Shown piece by piece: positions 56,516 to 64,000 of a stretch of 64,000 nt of DNA (within the stretch, counting starts at the first letter, position 1; each line of letters starts with the position of its first letter). The position numbers and the translations under genes were made by a program. The stretch is from Bacilli bacterium. GTDB taxonomy: Bacteria; Bacillota_I; Bacilli_A; RF39; UBA660. The notes under the pieces are model-generated. The model had not been told where the DNA came from, did not search any database, and was given only the letters and a program-made list of their open reading frames with translations. Where the stretch lies: positions 365,617 to 429,616 of the forward strand of contig JAFQSD010000001.1 of the NCBI GenBank assembly GCA_017409785.1, read 5' to 3'.

Positions 56516-56783
56516 ATTAATCACCTACCAATAGTATAACACGAGTTTTAAAAAAACTCTAAATGTCTACTCCACATCAACTCCTTCTATAATATATTTC
56601 ATATATCTTATCTCCTTTCTATGCATCTATCATAAAGTATCTCGGTGTCGAATCAACACATATTAAAGGATTAATTAATATTTTTTATTGTGACCTTATC
56701 TAATCTTTTCCTCCTTTCTTGATTTTAATTATAGCAAGCAAATATGTAAAAAATATTAAAGAAATATGGGAAATTATGGGAAA

Positions 56784-56806
56784 TAAAAAAAGAGGCTTTA
56801 GCCTCT
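56784..56806 (-). terminator. Rho-independent terminator
   Basis: agaggc-ttta-gcctct hairpin containing the TAA stop, with 7 T on the minus strand. Confidence 0.65.
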
Positions 56807-57340
56807 AAATTTATTAATATATTCTTCTGCATCTAACCAACTAGTAACATAATCTTGTCTTAAATCGTATTTATCTCGATCATCAAACAATAAACATTTA
56901 CCACCGGCTCCAACTATTGTTTTATAGTTATACGGATTATCATCAACCATTAAATCAATATGTTCTCTTTTACAAACATCTGCTTTACTTTCACCATAAG
57001 CCGAAGTAAAAATCCCATCCACTTCAATACCATTATCTTCTAACCACTTATCAGTAATTTCCATTACATTAGCAATTTTCATACGTTTTCTACCCGTAAT
57101 AATAAATATTTCATTGCCTTTATTTCTAAGTCTTCTAATAACATCTTGAACATCATGTTTAATAACAACATCTCTATATATAGTTGGTAAATATTCTTCA
57201 AAGAACTTCTCACGAATCAGTTCACTACTCATAATTTCTAAAACGTCTCTATTTGTTTTACTAGAATATTCATCCATCTTTTCATGAACCATCTCAGTAG
57301 TTCTACAAATTGTATCATCTAAGTCTATTCCAATTCTCAT
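56798..57340 (-). CDS. HAD-like 5'-nucleotidase/phosphatase
   Basis: IGIDLDDTI (DxDxT) N-terminus and late VDDNP. Confidence 0.6.
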   Translation of the reverse strand: MRIGIDLDDTICRTTEMVHEKMDEYSSKTNRDVLEIMSSELIREKFFEEYLPTIYRDVVIKHDVQDVIRRLRNKGNEIFIITGRKRMKIANVMEITDKWLEDNGIEVDGIFTSAYGESKADVCKREHIDLMVDDNPYNYKTIVGAGGKCLLFDDRDKYDLRQDYVTSWLDAEEYINKFRG

Positions 57341-57397
57341 ATACTTCACCTACTCTAACTATGCCATACCAATAAGAAAAAAGCAATAGATTAGACA

Positions 57398-58420
57398 CTA
57401 TTGCTTCTTAAGTTTACTTAATTTTTCAATTGCTTCTTTAACAGTTTTTACTTCAATAATCTTTATCTTTAAATTCTTATCTTTCTTAACCTTAACTGCT
57501 TCTTTATAATTTTCTCCTGCAGGAACTAAAAACACATCAGCTCCGCCATCTTCAGCACCAATTACTTTATATCTAACTCCACCTATTTCTCCAACATTAC
57601 CATTTTCATCAATAGTACCAGTACCAGCAATAGTTAATCCTTTAGTAATATCTTCATCTACTAACTTATCATAAATTTCTAACGAAGTAATTAGTCCTCC
57701 TGATGGTCCAGCTTCAGCCGGTTTAAATGTTATATCAATCTTAGGATCAGTCTTATATTTTTTAGAAATTTGTAATGCTACCCCAAAAATCTTTCTTCCT
57801 TGCTCTTCATAAAGTTTACAATTAATTGTTTTTTCTTTACCATTACGTAAAACTTTTATTTTTATGGATTCACCAACATCAAATTTTTGAACATATTTTG
57901 AATACTCATCAACAGTATCAAATGATTTACCATCTACGCTTAATAATTCATCTCTAATCTTAAACTCAGTCTCAAATTCATCAAATAAAGCAATTACATA
58001 AATCTTTGAAGACGTCTCTTCAACTTTCTTCCCTGCTAATTCATAAGCAACCTTAGTAGCACTACCATTAGTACTTTCTAAATCCAATTCGCCCCTAAAC
58101 TCAATATCTTCATAAGTTTCAGTCTCAGAATACTTATAATCACTCATATTATCTCTTTCCCAACTAGGAAATATATAACTAAGCCCATAAGTTAAAACAG
58201 TACCCTTTAATTCCGAAACATAAGACAAATTAAAGCTTCCTTTACTTTTACTACCATCAGTAACTTCAATTCTTTCTCCAACATCACTAATACCTCCACC
58301 AGTAACAATATAATAATTTACTGGAAAAGTGCATACTATATAGAAAATAAGCATACAAATTAAAAATTTATATTCTTCAACAACAAATTCCTTAATATAA
58401 TTAAATATCTTTTTAATCAT
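57398..58420 (-). CDS. YlbL/SepM-type PDZ + Lon-like serine protease, membrane-anchored
   Basis: N-terminal TM helix, a PDZ region, and the Lon C-terminal motif AGPSGGL with a downstream Lys. Start taken as ATG 58420. Confidence 0.75.
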   Translation of the reverse strand: MIKKIFNYIKEFVVEEYKFLICMLIFYIVCTFPVNYYIVTGGGISDVGERIEVTDGSKSKGSFNLSYVSELKGTVLTYGLSYIFPSWERDNMSDYKYSETETYEDIEFRGELDLESTNGSATKVAYELAGKKVEETSSKIYVIALFDEFETEFKIRDELLSVDGKSFDTVDEYSKYVQKFDVGESIKIKVLRNGKEKTINCKLYEEQGRKIFGVALQISKKYKTDPKIDITFKPAEAGPSGGLITSLEIYDKLVDEDITKGLTIAGTGTIDENGNVGEIGGVRYKVIGAEDGGADVFLVPAGENYKEAVKVKKDKNLKIKIIEVKTVKEAIEKLSKLKKQ

Positions 58421-58463
58421 TAAATTCACCCTATACAAAATTATAACAAAGAAATGGAGAATT

Positions 58464-59339
58464 ATGAAAAAAACTTCTAAAACAAATCTTATATTATTAT
58501 TTTTATTAGTCATCTTGACACTTTATTTACTCAACTCTAAATTAATCATTACAAGTACCTTAGAATATATAGAATTATTTATAACTAAACTATTTCCTAC
58601 TAGTTTTTTATTATATATAATTTCATCTCTATTAATAAATTATCAAATAATTGAAACATTAAATATAATAACGGAAAAACCAGGAAAACTATATGTAATT
58701 ATTATGAGTATAATCTGTGGTTTTCCAAGCGGTCCTAAACATACAAAAGAATTATTAGAAAAAAATTACATTTCAAGGACCACAGCAAATAATTTATTAA
58801 AGTTTACTCACTTTCCAAACCCCCTATTTATTCTTGGATCCATAAGTTCATTATTAACAACAAAACTTGCCTTAAAAATACTATTTTCTATATATATAAG
58901 TAATTTCATAATAAGTTTCTTCGCTAAAGAAAAAGATAATACTCTTCTTATAAAATGTAATAATCAAACAGATTTTTCCAAAGCATTAAATCAAGCAATT
59001 ACTTCTTCATTCAAATTACAAATATTAATACTAGGAACTAATCTTTTCTTTTATTTAATCTCCGTAATAATTGTTCATTACATAAAAACAACAACTATAG
59101 TATACGTTTTTATCAACGGTATTTTTGATCTAATAAAAGGCATCTTTTCAACCACTCTAATTTCTAATATTTTAATACGTTCAATATTAATATTAACATT
59201 CCTATCTTTTGGAAGTTTAAGCATTCATATCCAAATAAAAAGTATCCTTTCAGATACTTCTTTAAAATATAATTCATTTTTAATTTGGCGAATAATTTCT
59301 ACAGTTATTTCTATTATAATCTTCCTTTTAATTTACTAA
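58464..59339 (+). CDS. Polytopic membrane protein, YlbJ-like (nucleoside-recognition/Gate-domain type)
   Basis: Multi-TM ORF. The N-terminal pattern and the position next to a ylbL-like gene resemble Bacillus ylbJ. Judged by eye only. Confidence 0.45.
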   Translation: MKKTSKTNLILLFLLVILTLYLLNSKLIITSTLEYIELFITKLFPTSFLLYIISSLLINYQIIETLNIITEKPGKLYVIIMSIICGFPSGPKHTKELLEKNYISRTTANNLLKFTHFPNPLFILGSISSLLTTKLALKILFSIYISNFIISFFAKEKDNTLLIKCNNQTDFSKALNQAITSSFKLQILILGTNLFFYLISVIIVHYIKTTTIVYVFINGIFDLIKGIFSTTLISNILIRSILILTFLSFGSLSIHIQIKSILSDTSLKYNSFLIWRIISTVISIIIFLLIY

Positions 59340-60005
59340 TTAAAAATTAACTGGACAAATAATATCAATACTATATCTAGTTCCAAGATCCGGATGATAA
59401 AATCCAATATAAATATTTAATATAGAATTATCAATACTCATATCAACGTTATTAATTCTTAAATCTTTAATAATACATCCTTCGGCACCACAATGAGGAC
59501 CATTTTGAGCATCATTTGTATTTTGATTAAAACTCTCACCAAGATCAGGAATTGGATAGTCAGTTTCACTACCACAAGTACCATAAGAAATCATAAATTC
59601 ATCATTCTTATCCTCACCAGGAGGTAATTTAGAAACTGTATCAGGATCATCTGGATCCCAGAAATAATCATATGCTTTATTACTTTTTACTTTTAAACAT
59701 TTCTTTGTCCCATTACGTAGAGACATTTTAATTGATGCCTCAGCATCACCTGTAACACCATTTCTATTAAAATTTAAAATTTCAGCTGACACTAATCCGT
59801 CTTTAATTAAATCATCATTAATTTCTTTAGTAAGTAAATTTTTATAAGTCATAATTTTTTCTTTCATACCTTCAATTTGTTGCTTATTCTGATAAGCAGA
59901 AACTGTTGTATACATTGAAACAGAAATAATAACCACAAGTACAAAACAAATTAAAACTTCTACAGCTGTCATACCTTTATTATTTAATTTCTTAATTTTC
60001 TTCAT
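59340..60005 (-). CDS. Prepilin-type (type IV pilin-like / competence pseudopilin-like) protein, 221 aa
   Basis: Class III signal KG|MTAVEVL with Glu at +5 and a hydrophobic helix. Cys-rich globular domain. Confidence 0.75.
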   Translation of the reverse strand: MKKIKKLNNKGMTAVEVLICFVLVVIISVSMYTTVSAYQNKQQIEGMKEKIMTYKNLLTKEINDDLIKDGLVSAEILNFNRNGVTGDAEASIKMSLRNGTKKCLKVKSNKAYDYFWDPDDPDTVSKLPPGEDKNDEFMISYGTCGSETDYPIPDLGESFNQNTNDAQNGPHCGAEGCIIKDLRINNVDMSIDNSILNIYIGFYHPDLGTRYSIDIICPVNF

Positions 60006-60598
60006 TATTTCTTCACCTCAAATGTTGAATAAGCTAAATAATCATTATCATCTTTTGTTCTTTCAAACTCAACAATTACACGATATTTCGCATTATTTAA
60101 TGAATCCCATTTATAATTTGGTAAATATTTTAGATATCGTTGCATACCACCTGATATACCACCCACTTCATCAACATATTCTTTAAAATTTGTAAGTCTA
60201 TATGTCGTAATATAAATTGCTGGTTCATCATCAGTAAGTACATCTGTTCCTTTTGTGTCATTCTTAATTTGCGCTTTTTTTACTAACTCATGGCACATAT
60301 TTTTCATTGACTCTGTAGTAACCATTTCACATGTAAATTTACAATAATAAGGAGCACTTTCTAAACTTGTAAGATCACACCCCGCACCCAAAATCGTCGA
60401 ATCATGTTGAATAACTCTTTTCACCCAATAAGTAGCATATTTTCCATCAATATCATCAAAAACTTCACGCTTCTCATACTCCCCAACTAACGGATAAAAA
60501 TTGTTATATAAAACTGCTAAAATAGTAGCAATAAACACTGATACAACAAGCGTTTCAACAAGTACAAAACCTTTGTTATTTAATTTCCCCTTTTTCAT
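60005..60598 (-). CDS. Prepilin-type (type IV pilin-like / competence pseudopilin-like) protein, 197 aa
   Basis: Class III signal KG|FVLVETL with Glu at +5. Overlaps the downstream pilin-like gene by 1 nt. Confidence 0.75.
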   Translation of the reverse strand: MKKGKLNNKGFVLVETLVVSVFIATILAVLYNNFYPLVGEYEKREVFDDIDGKYATYWVKRVIQHDSTILGAGCDLTSLESAPYYCKFTCEMVTTESMKNMCHELVKKAQIKNDTKGTDVLTDDEPAIYITTYRLTNFKEYVDEVGGISGGMQRYLKYLPNYKWDSLNNAKYRVIVEFERTKDDNDYLAYSTFEVKK

Positions 60599-60681
60599 AA
60601 ATCCTCCTTGCTATTATCTTAAAACTATTATATAATAAATTATAGTAAAATACCATAGAAAGTAAACAAAAAGGGGTTGAA

Positions 60682-63600
60682 ATGATGGTTCAATACGATG
60701 TAAAGCGTGTAACCAAAGGTGCCGAAAATTTCATGGTTTCCTTTGATTTCGCTAAAACGCCTATAACTCAAGTTGCCGATTACATAATCATTGCAGCATC
60801 AAAAAGTGGAACTTCAGATATCCATTTCGATCCACGTGACGAAGGAATGATGGTCCGTTTTAGAATAGATGGTGACTGTCAAGATTACACATATATACCA
60901 AAAGCTTACGAGCGTAACTTAACTACTCGTTTAAAACTTTTAGCAAACATGAATATCACTGAAACAAGACTTCCACAAGATGGTGCGATTAAAGGACAAT
61001 TCGGTGATACATACCTAGATATGCGTGTGGCTTGCTTGCCAACCAATCAAGGTGAAAAAATCGTTATTCGTATCTTAGACTATACACGAAGCTTACAAGG
61101 AATTGATTCCTTAGGTTTCCACCCAAAGAACTTAGAGAAAATACATCATATGATGGGAGTACCTAATGGAATTATTTTAGTTACTGGAGCTACTGGTTCC
61201 GGAAAATCTACAACTACTTACTCAATGCTTTCAGCATTAAACAAACCAGAAGTAAACGTAATTACTGTAGAAGACCCAGTCGAAATGAATATCGAAGGAA
61301 TCAACCAAGTACAAGTTAATGCAGAAATCGGAATGACATTCGCCGCAGCATTACGTTCTATCCTTCGTGAAGACCCTAACGTAATTCTAATCGGAGAAAT
61401 TCGTGACTCTGAAACAGCACAAATCGCAGTACGTGCCTCAATCACAGGTCACTTAGTTATGTCAACACTGCATACAAACAATGCCTTAGCAACAGTTGAA
61501 CGTCTACTAGATATGGATGTAGAACGTTACTTATTATCAACTGCCCTAACCGGTATCATTTCTCAACGTCTTGCTAAACAATTATGTCAAGATTGTAAAA
61601 TACAAAGAGAAGCAACAAAATATGAAAAGAAAGTTTACAAAAAATTCTTACATCAAGATGTATCACTTGTATGGGATGCTAATCCAAAAGGATGCGACAA
61701 CTGTCGTAAAGGATATAAAGGACGTATCGCTGTACACGAAGTATTATTATTAGATGATAAAATTAGAAATGCCTTAAATGATGAAAAAATGTCTAAAGAT
61801 GATTTCGCAAAAATGATCTATAGCGGAAATACAATATCTATGTTACAAGATGCATTAATAAAATCATTAGAAGGACAAACAAGTTTTGAAGAAGTATATA
61901 AAACAATCGAAATCGAAAACGAAGATGAAGATAATTATGCTGCTGAACTAGAAGGTATTGAAATCAGACAAGTAACTGAAGAAGTTCAAGAAGAAGTTAA
62001 ATCTGACGAAGACTTTATGGGTGAAGATGAATCTCAAAAATCTGACCTAGCAGTGAAATATGAAATTCCTGGAGTAACATCAGCTACCGAAGAACAACCT
62101 GTTGAAGCAACTGAACAACAACCTGCCGAAGAACAACCTGTTGAAGTTAGTGAACAACCTGTTGAAGAACAAACAGAACCTCCAGTTGAAGAAACAATAG
62201 TACAAATAACTGAAGCACCAGCAATTGAACAAAGTACAGAAACAGTTGAAACTTCTCCTGAAGAAATCCAACCAACAGAAGTTCCAGTAGAACAACAAGT
62301 AACTGAAGTATCACAAGAACAACCAGAACTAAACGTAGAAGAAGTTCAACAAACAACTGAACAAGTTGAAACACTAGTAGAATCTACTCCTGTTGAAGAA
62401 CAAAATGTAGTTGAAAGCACTGAAACAACACCAGAAAATACTTATGAAATTAGAACTACATATGTAGAAGCAGACGAATTACAAAACCAAGAACCACAAC
62501 AAGAAACAGTAGAAAATACAACTGAAGAAGGAGTTACAGATTACACTACTCCTACTCCAGAACAAACTGAAATTGAAATACAAAAACAAGAAACAACAAA
62601 TGTTGAAACAGAATATACATTACCAGAGGTAAGTGAAAATCAAATTGAAGAACAACAAATAGAAAACACAGACGAAATTACAATGCCTCAAGTAAATGAA
62701 ACACCTGTTGAAGAAGTTTCAGAAGCAACTCAAACAGAACAAACAGATTTTGAAATGCCTCAAGTAAACTTCGTACAACCTCAAGAATTTACTGAAGAAA
62801 CTCAAACAGAAGAAACTCAAGTTGAAATACCTAATGTAAATGAACAACCTACTGAAGAGTATTCTGAAACAGTTCAACAATCAGAAGATAATCAAGCAGA
62901 AGATCAAAGCAACTTAGGTTATAAAATCGTAATGCCAAGTGAAGAAAGCAAAGAAGAACAAGTTGATGAGCAACCAGAACAAACAGAAAATCAAGAATCA
63001 ATAGAAACTGAAAATTATGAAACTCAAGAAAACGAAACAGAAGAAAACTCATTTGAAATGCCTGCAGTTGAAACAAACACTGCCCCTACTACATTAGACA
63101 AACTTGTAGAAGAAGTTTCAGATGAATCAACTGATGACGAAGAAGATGATGAAAAAGTTGAAAAATATACAATTTCTGCAGTAAAGAATGATCAAAATAA
63201 TAATGATAATAATGAAACAACAGACACATCTTTAGCACCTATCGTTGATGAAGATGCCGAAGATGAAGAAGAATCTGAGGAAAATGATAATAGACAATAT
63301 CAAAATCCAAATGAAATTTATGAAGAAGAAGATCCAATTGATCTAGCTATTGATATTAAAACAGATTTAGATAAGTTAGTAATGCCTAAATTTAATCTAG
63401 AAAAACTTGATTTAACAGAAGAAAAAGAAGAAGAACATCCTGAAGAAGCACAAGAAGAAATTTCTAATAATCAAGAAGAAGTAGAAAATAATAATAACAA
63501 CGTTCCAGAAGAAACACCTGAAGCAAATAATGAGACCACTCTAGAAATTCCAGGTGGAGAAACAACCGAAGAACAACCACAATATGACGATACAATCTTA

Positions 63601-63984
63601 GAAATACCTGGAGCAAGCACTATTGAAGAACAACAAGAACAAGTATCAGAAACACAATCTGAACAATCAAATACAGAAGATAACCAACAAGAACAAACAG
63701 ATGAAAATACAGCTAATGATTATGAATATGATTACGAAAACGACGATATATATGACGATTATGATTTTGATAAAAATGATAATGATTATACAAATGAAGA
63801 ACAAGTATTCTTCAATGAACAAACAATCTCAGCTGTATCAAGTGTTGCTGACTTAGAACAAACAGAAGAACATACCGGTTCAAGTCTACTAACTGATCCA
63901 GGCATAAGAATTGCCGATGATGGAAGCATTAATCAATCTGCAAATATTAACGCCGAGCCAATTCTTCCAAATTATGAAGATTAA
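60682..63984 (+). CDS. GspE/PilB/ComGA-family secretion ATPase fused to an acidic low-complexity C-terminal extension of about 690 aa
   Basis: Residues 1 to about 410 carry Walker A GATGSGKST, VILIGEIRD, His box GHLVMSTLHTN and the tetracysteine CQDC...CDNC. The frame then stays open for about 2.07 kb of E/Q/T/P/V/N/D-rich sequence. Confidence 0.85.
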   Translation: MMVQYDVKRVTKGAENFMVSFDFAKTPITQVADYIIIAASKSGTSDIHFDPRDEGMMVRFRIDGDCQDYTYIPKAYERNLTTRLKLLANMNITETRLPQDGAIKGQFGDTYLDMRVACLPTNQGEKIVIRILDYTRSLQGIDSLGFHPKNLEKIHHMMGVPNGIILVTGATGSGKSTTTYSMLSALNKPEVNVITVEDPVEMNIEGINQVQVNAEIGMTFAAALRSILREDPNVILIGEIRDSETAQIAVRASITGHLVMSTLHTNNALATVERLLDMDVERYLLSTALTGIISQRLAKQLCQDCKIQREATKYEKKVYKKFLHQDVSLVWDANPKGCDNCRKGYKGRIAVHEVLLLDDKIRNALNDEKMSKDDFAKMIYSGNTISMLQDALIKSLEGQTSFEEVYKTIEIENEDEDNYAAELEGIEIRQVTEEVQEEVKSDEDFMGEDESQKSDLAVKYEIPGVTSATEEQPVEATEQQPAEEQPVEVSEQPVEEQTEPPVEETIVQITEAPAIEQSTETVETSPEEIQPTEVPVEQQVTEVSQEQPELNVEEVQQTTEQVETLVESTPVEEQNVVESTETTPENTYEIRTTYVEADELQNQEPQQETVENTTEEGVTDYTTPTPEQTEIEIQKQETTNVETEYTLPEVSENQIEEQQIENTDEITMPQVNETPVEEVSEATQTEQTDFEMPQVNFVQPQEFTEETQTEETQVEIPNVNEQPTEEYSETVQQSEDNQAEDQSNLGYKIVMPSEESKEEQVDEQPEQTENQESIETENYETQENETEENSFEMPAVETNTAPTTLDKLVEEVSDESTDDEEDDEKVEKYTISAVKNDQNNNDNNETTDTSLAPIVDEDAEDEEESEENDNRQYQNPNEIYEEEDPIDLAIDIKTDLDKLVMPKFNLEKLDLTEEKEEEHPEEAQEEISNNQEEVENNNNNVPEETPEANNETTLEIPGGETTEEQPQYDDTILEIPGASTIEEQQEQVSETQSEQSNTEDNQQEQTDENTANDYEYDYENDDIYDDYDFDKNDNDYTNEEQVFFNEQTISAVSSVADLEQTEEHTGSSLLTDPGIRIADDGSINQSANINAEPILPNYED
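62088..62193 (+). repeat. Degenerate in-frame tandem repeats inside the acidic tail
   Basis: gaacaacctgttgaag occurs at 62092, 62131 and 62152, with variants at 62113 and 62168. They encode (E/T)EQPVE-type units. Confidence 0.8.
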
Positions 63985-64000
63985 AAAAGAACTTTCAATC

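Noticed and set aside
56567-56602. 11-codon mini-ORF (MKYIIEGVDVE) with an AGGAGA SD in the leader of the two-component operon
   Set aside because: It has good SD spacing but is far too short to support without conservation or ribosome-profiling data. It could be a leader peptide or chance.
62080-63856. Track ORFs 62080..62298, 62147..62374 and 62849..63076 (minus) and 63623..63856 (plus, alternative frame) inside the acidic tail
   Set aside because: Their low-complexity Leu/Phe/Gln- or Lys/Met/Ile-rich translations are mirror or shifted-frame images of the GAA/CAA-rich coding repeats. There are no SD sequences, and they lie inside a much longer, better-supported ORF.
1-64000. CRISPR arrays, IS elements, prophage, restriction-modification or known defence-system signatures
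   Set aside because: Scanning by eye found no spaced direct-repeat arrays, no transposase/integrase/terminase-like ORFs and no recognisable defence gene motifs. The only repeated DNA longer than about 20 nt is the NAD promoter/leader duplication, and the only other repeats are the in-frame repeats of the acidic tail.

Overview
Very AT-rich chromosomal segment (roughly 25-30% G+C by eye, not computed) from a spore-forming low-GC Gram-positive bacterium (Bacillota). The taxon cannot be fixed from sequence alone. There are about 65 tightly packed protein genes, more than 80% on the minus strand, plus two tRNA genes and many hairpin+T-tract terminators. I saw no CRISPR array, transposase, integrase or prophage block. 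Most of the window is housekeeping or accessory metabolism: folD, alr, an rRNA methyltransferase, a pseudouridine synthase, def, several ABC exporters, and many HAD/NUDIX/HD hydrolases. I cannot point to a clearly new multi-gene system. The observations most worth a second look are listed here. (1) A 13-kb NAD salvage/recycling supercluster (nadK, nrtR, pncC, ADP-ribosylglycohydrolase, nadD, prs, nadE, ADP-ribose pyrophosphatase, pncB, pncA) lies in two operons. Both operons have near-identical perfect-consensus promoters with a palindrome just after the -10 box, and a 27-nt leader element recurs three times. The prs paralog carries an in-frame TAA, and three unrelated unknown genes sit between the two operons. 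(2) A MurD-type ligase overlaps a PP-loop ATPase, a candidate MurD2/MurL-like pair. (3) A ComGA/PilB-type ATPase is fused to a hyper-acidic repetitive tail of about 690 aa, next to two divergently transcribed large pseudopilins. (4) One 420-bp intergenic region holds a helically phased TTC(C/T)G repeat array and a promoter-to-terminator unit of about 145 nt that looks like a small RNA. (5) A GerA-type germination gene has no B subunit and only a truncated C-like partner. A long minus-strand ABC transporter ORF at the left edge (1..2350) is missing from the supplied ORF track. Many track ORFs start at upstream GTG/TTG codons, so I moved starts to the Shine-Dalgarno-supported ATG where one was visible.
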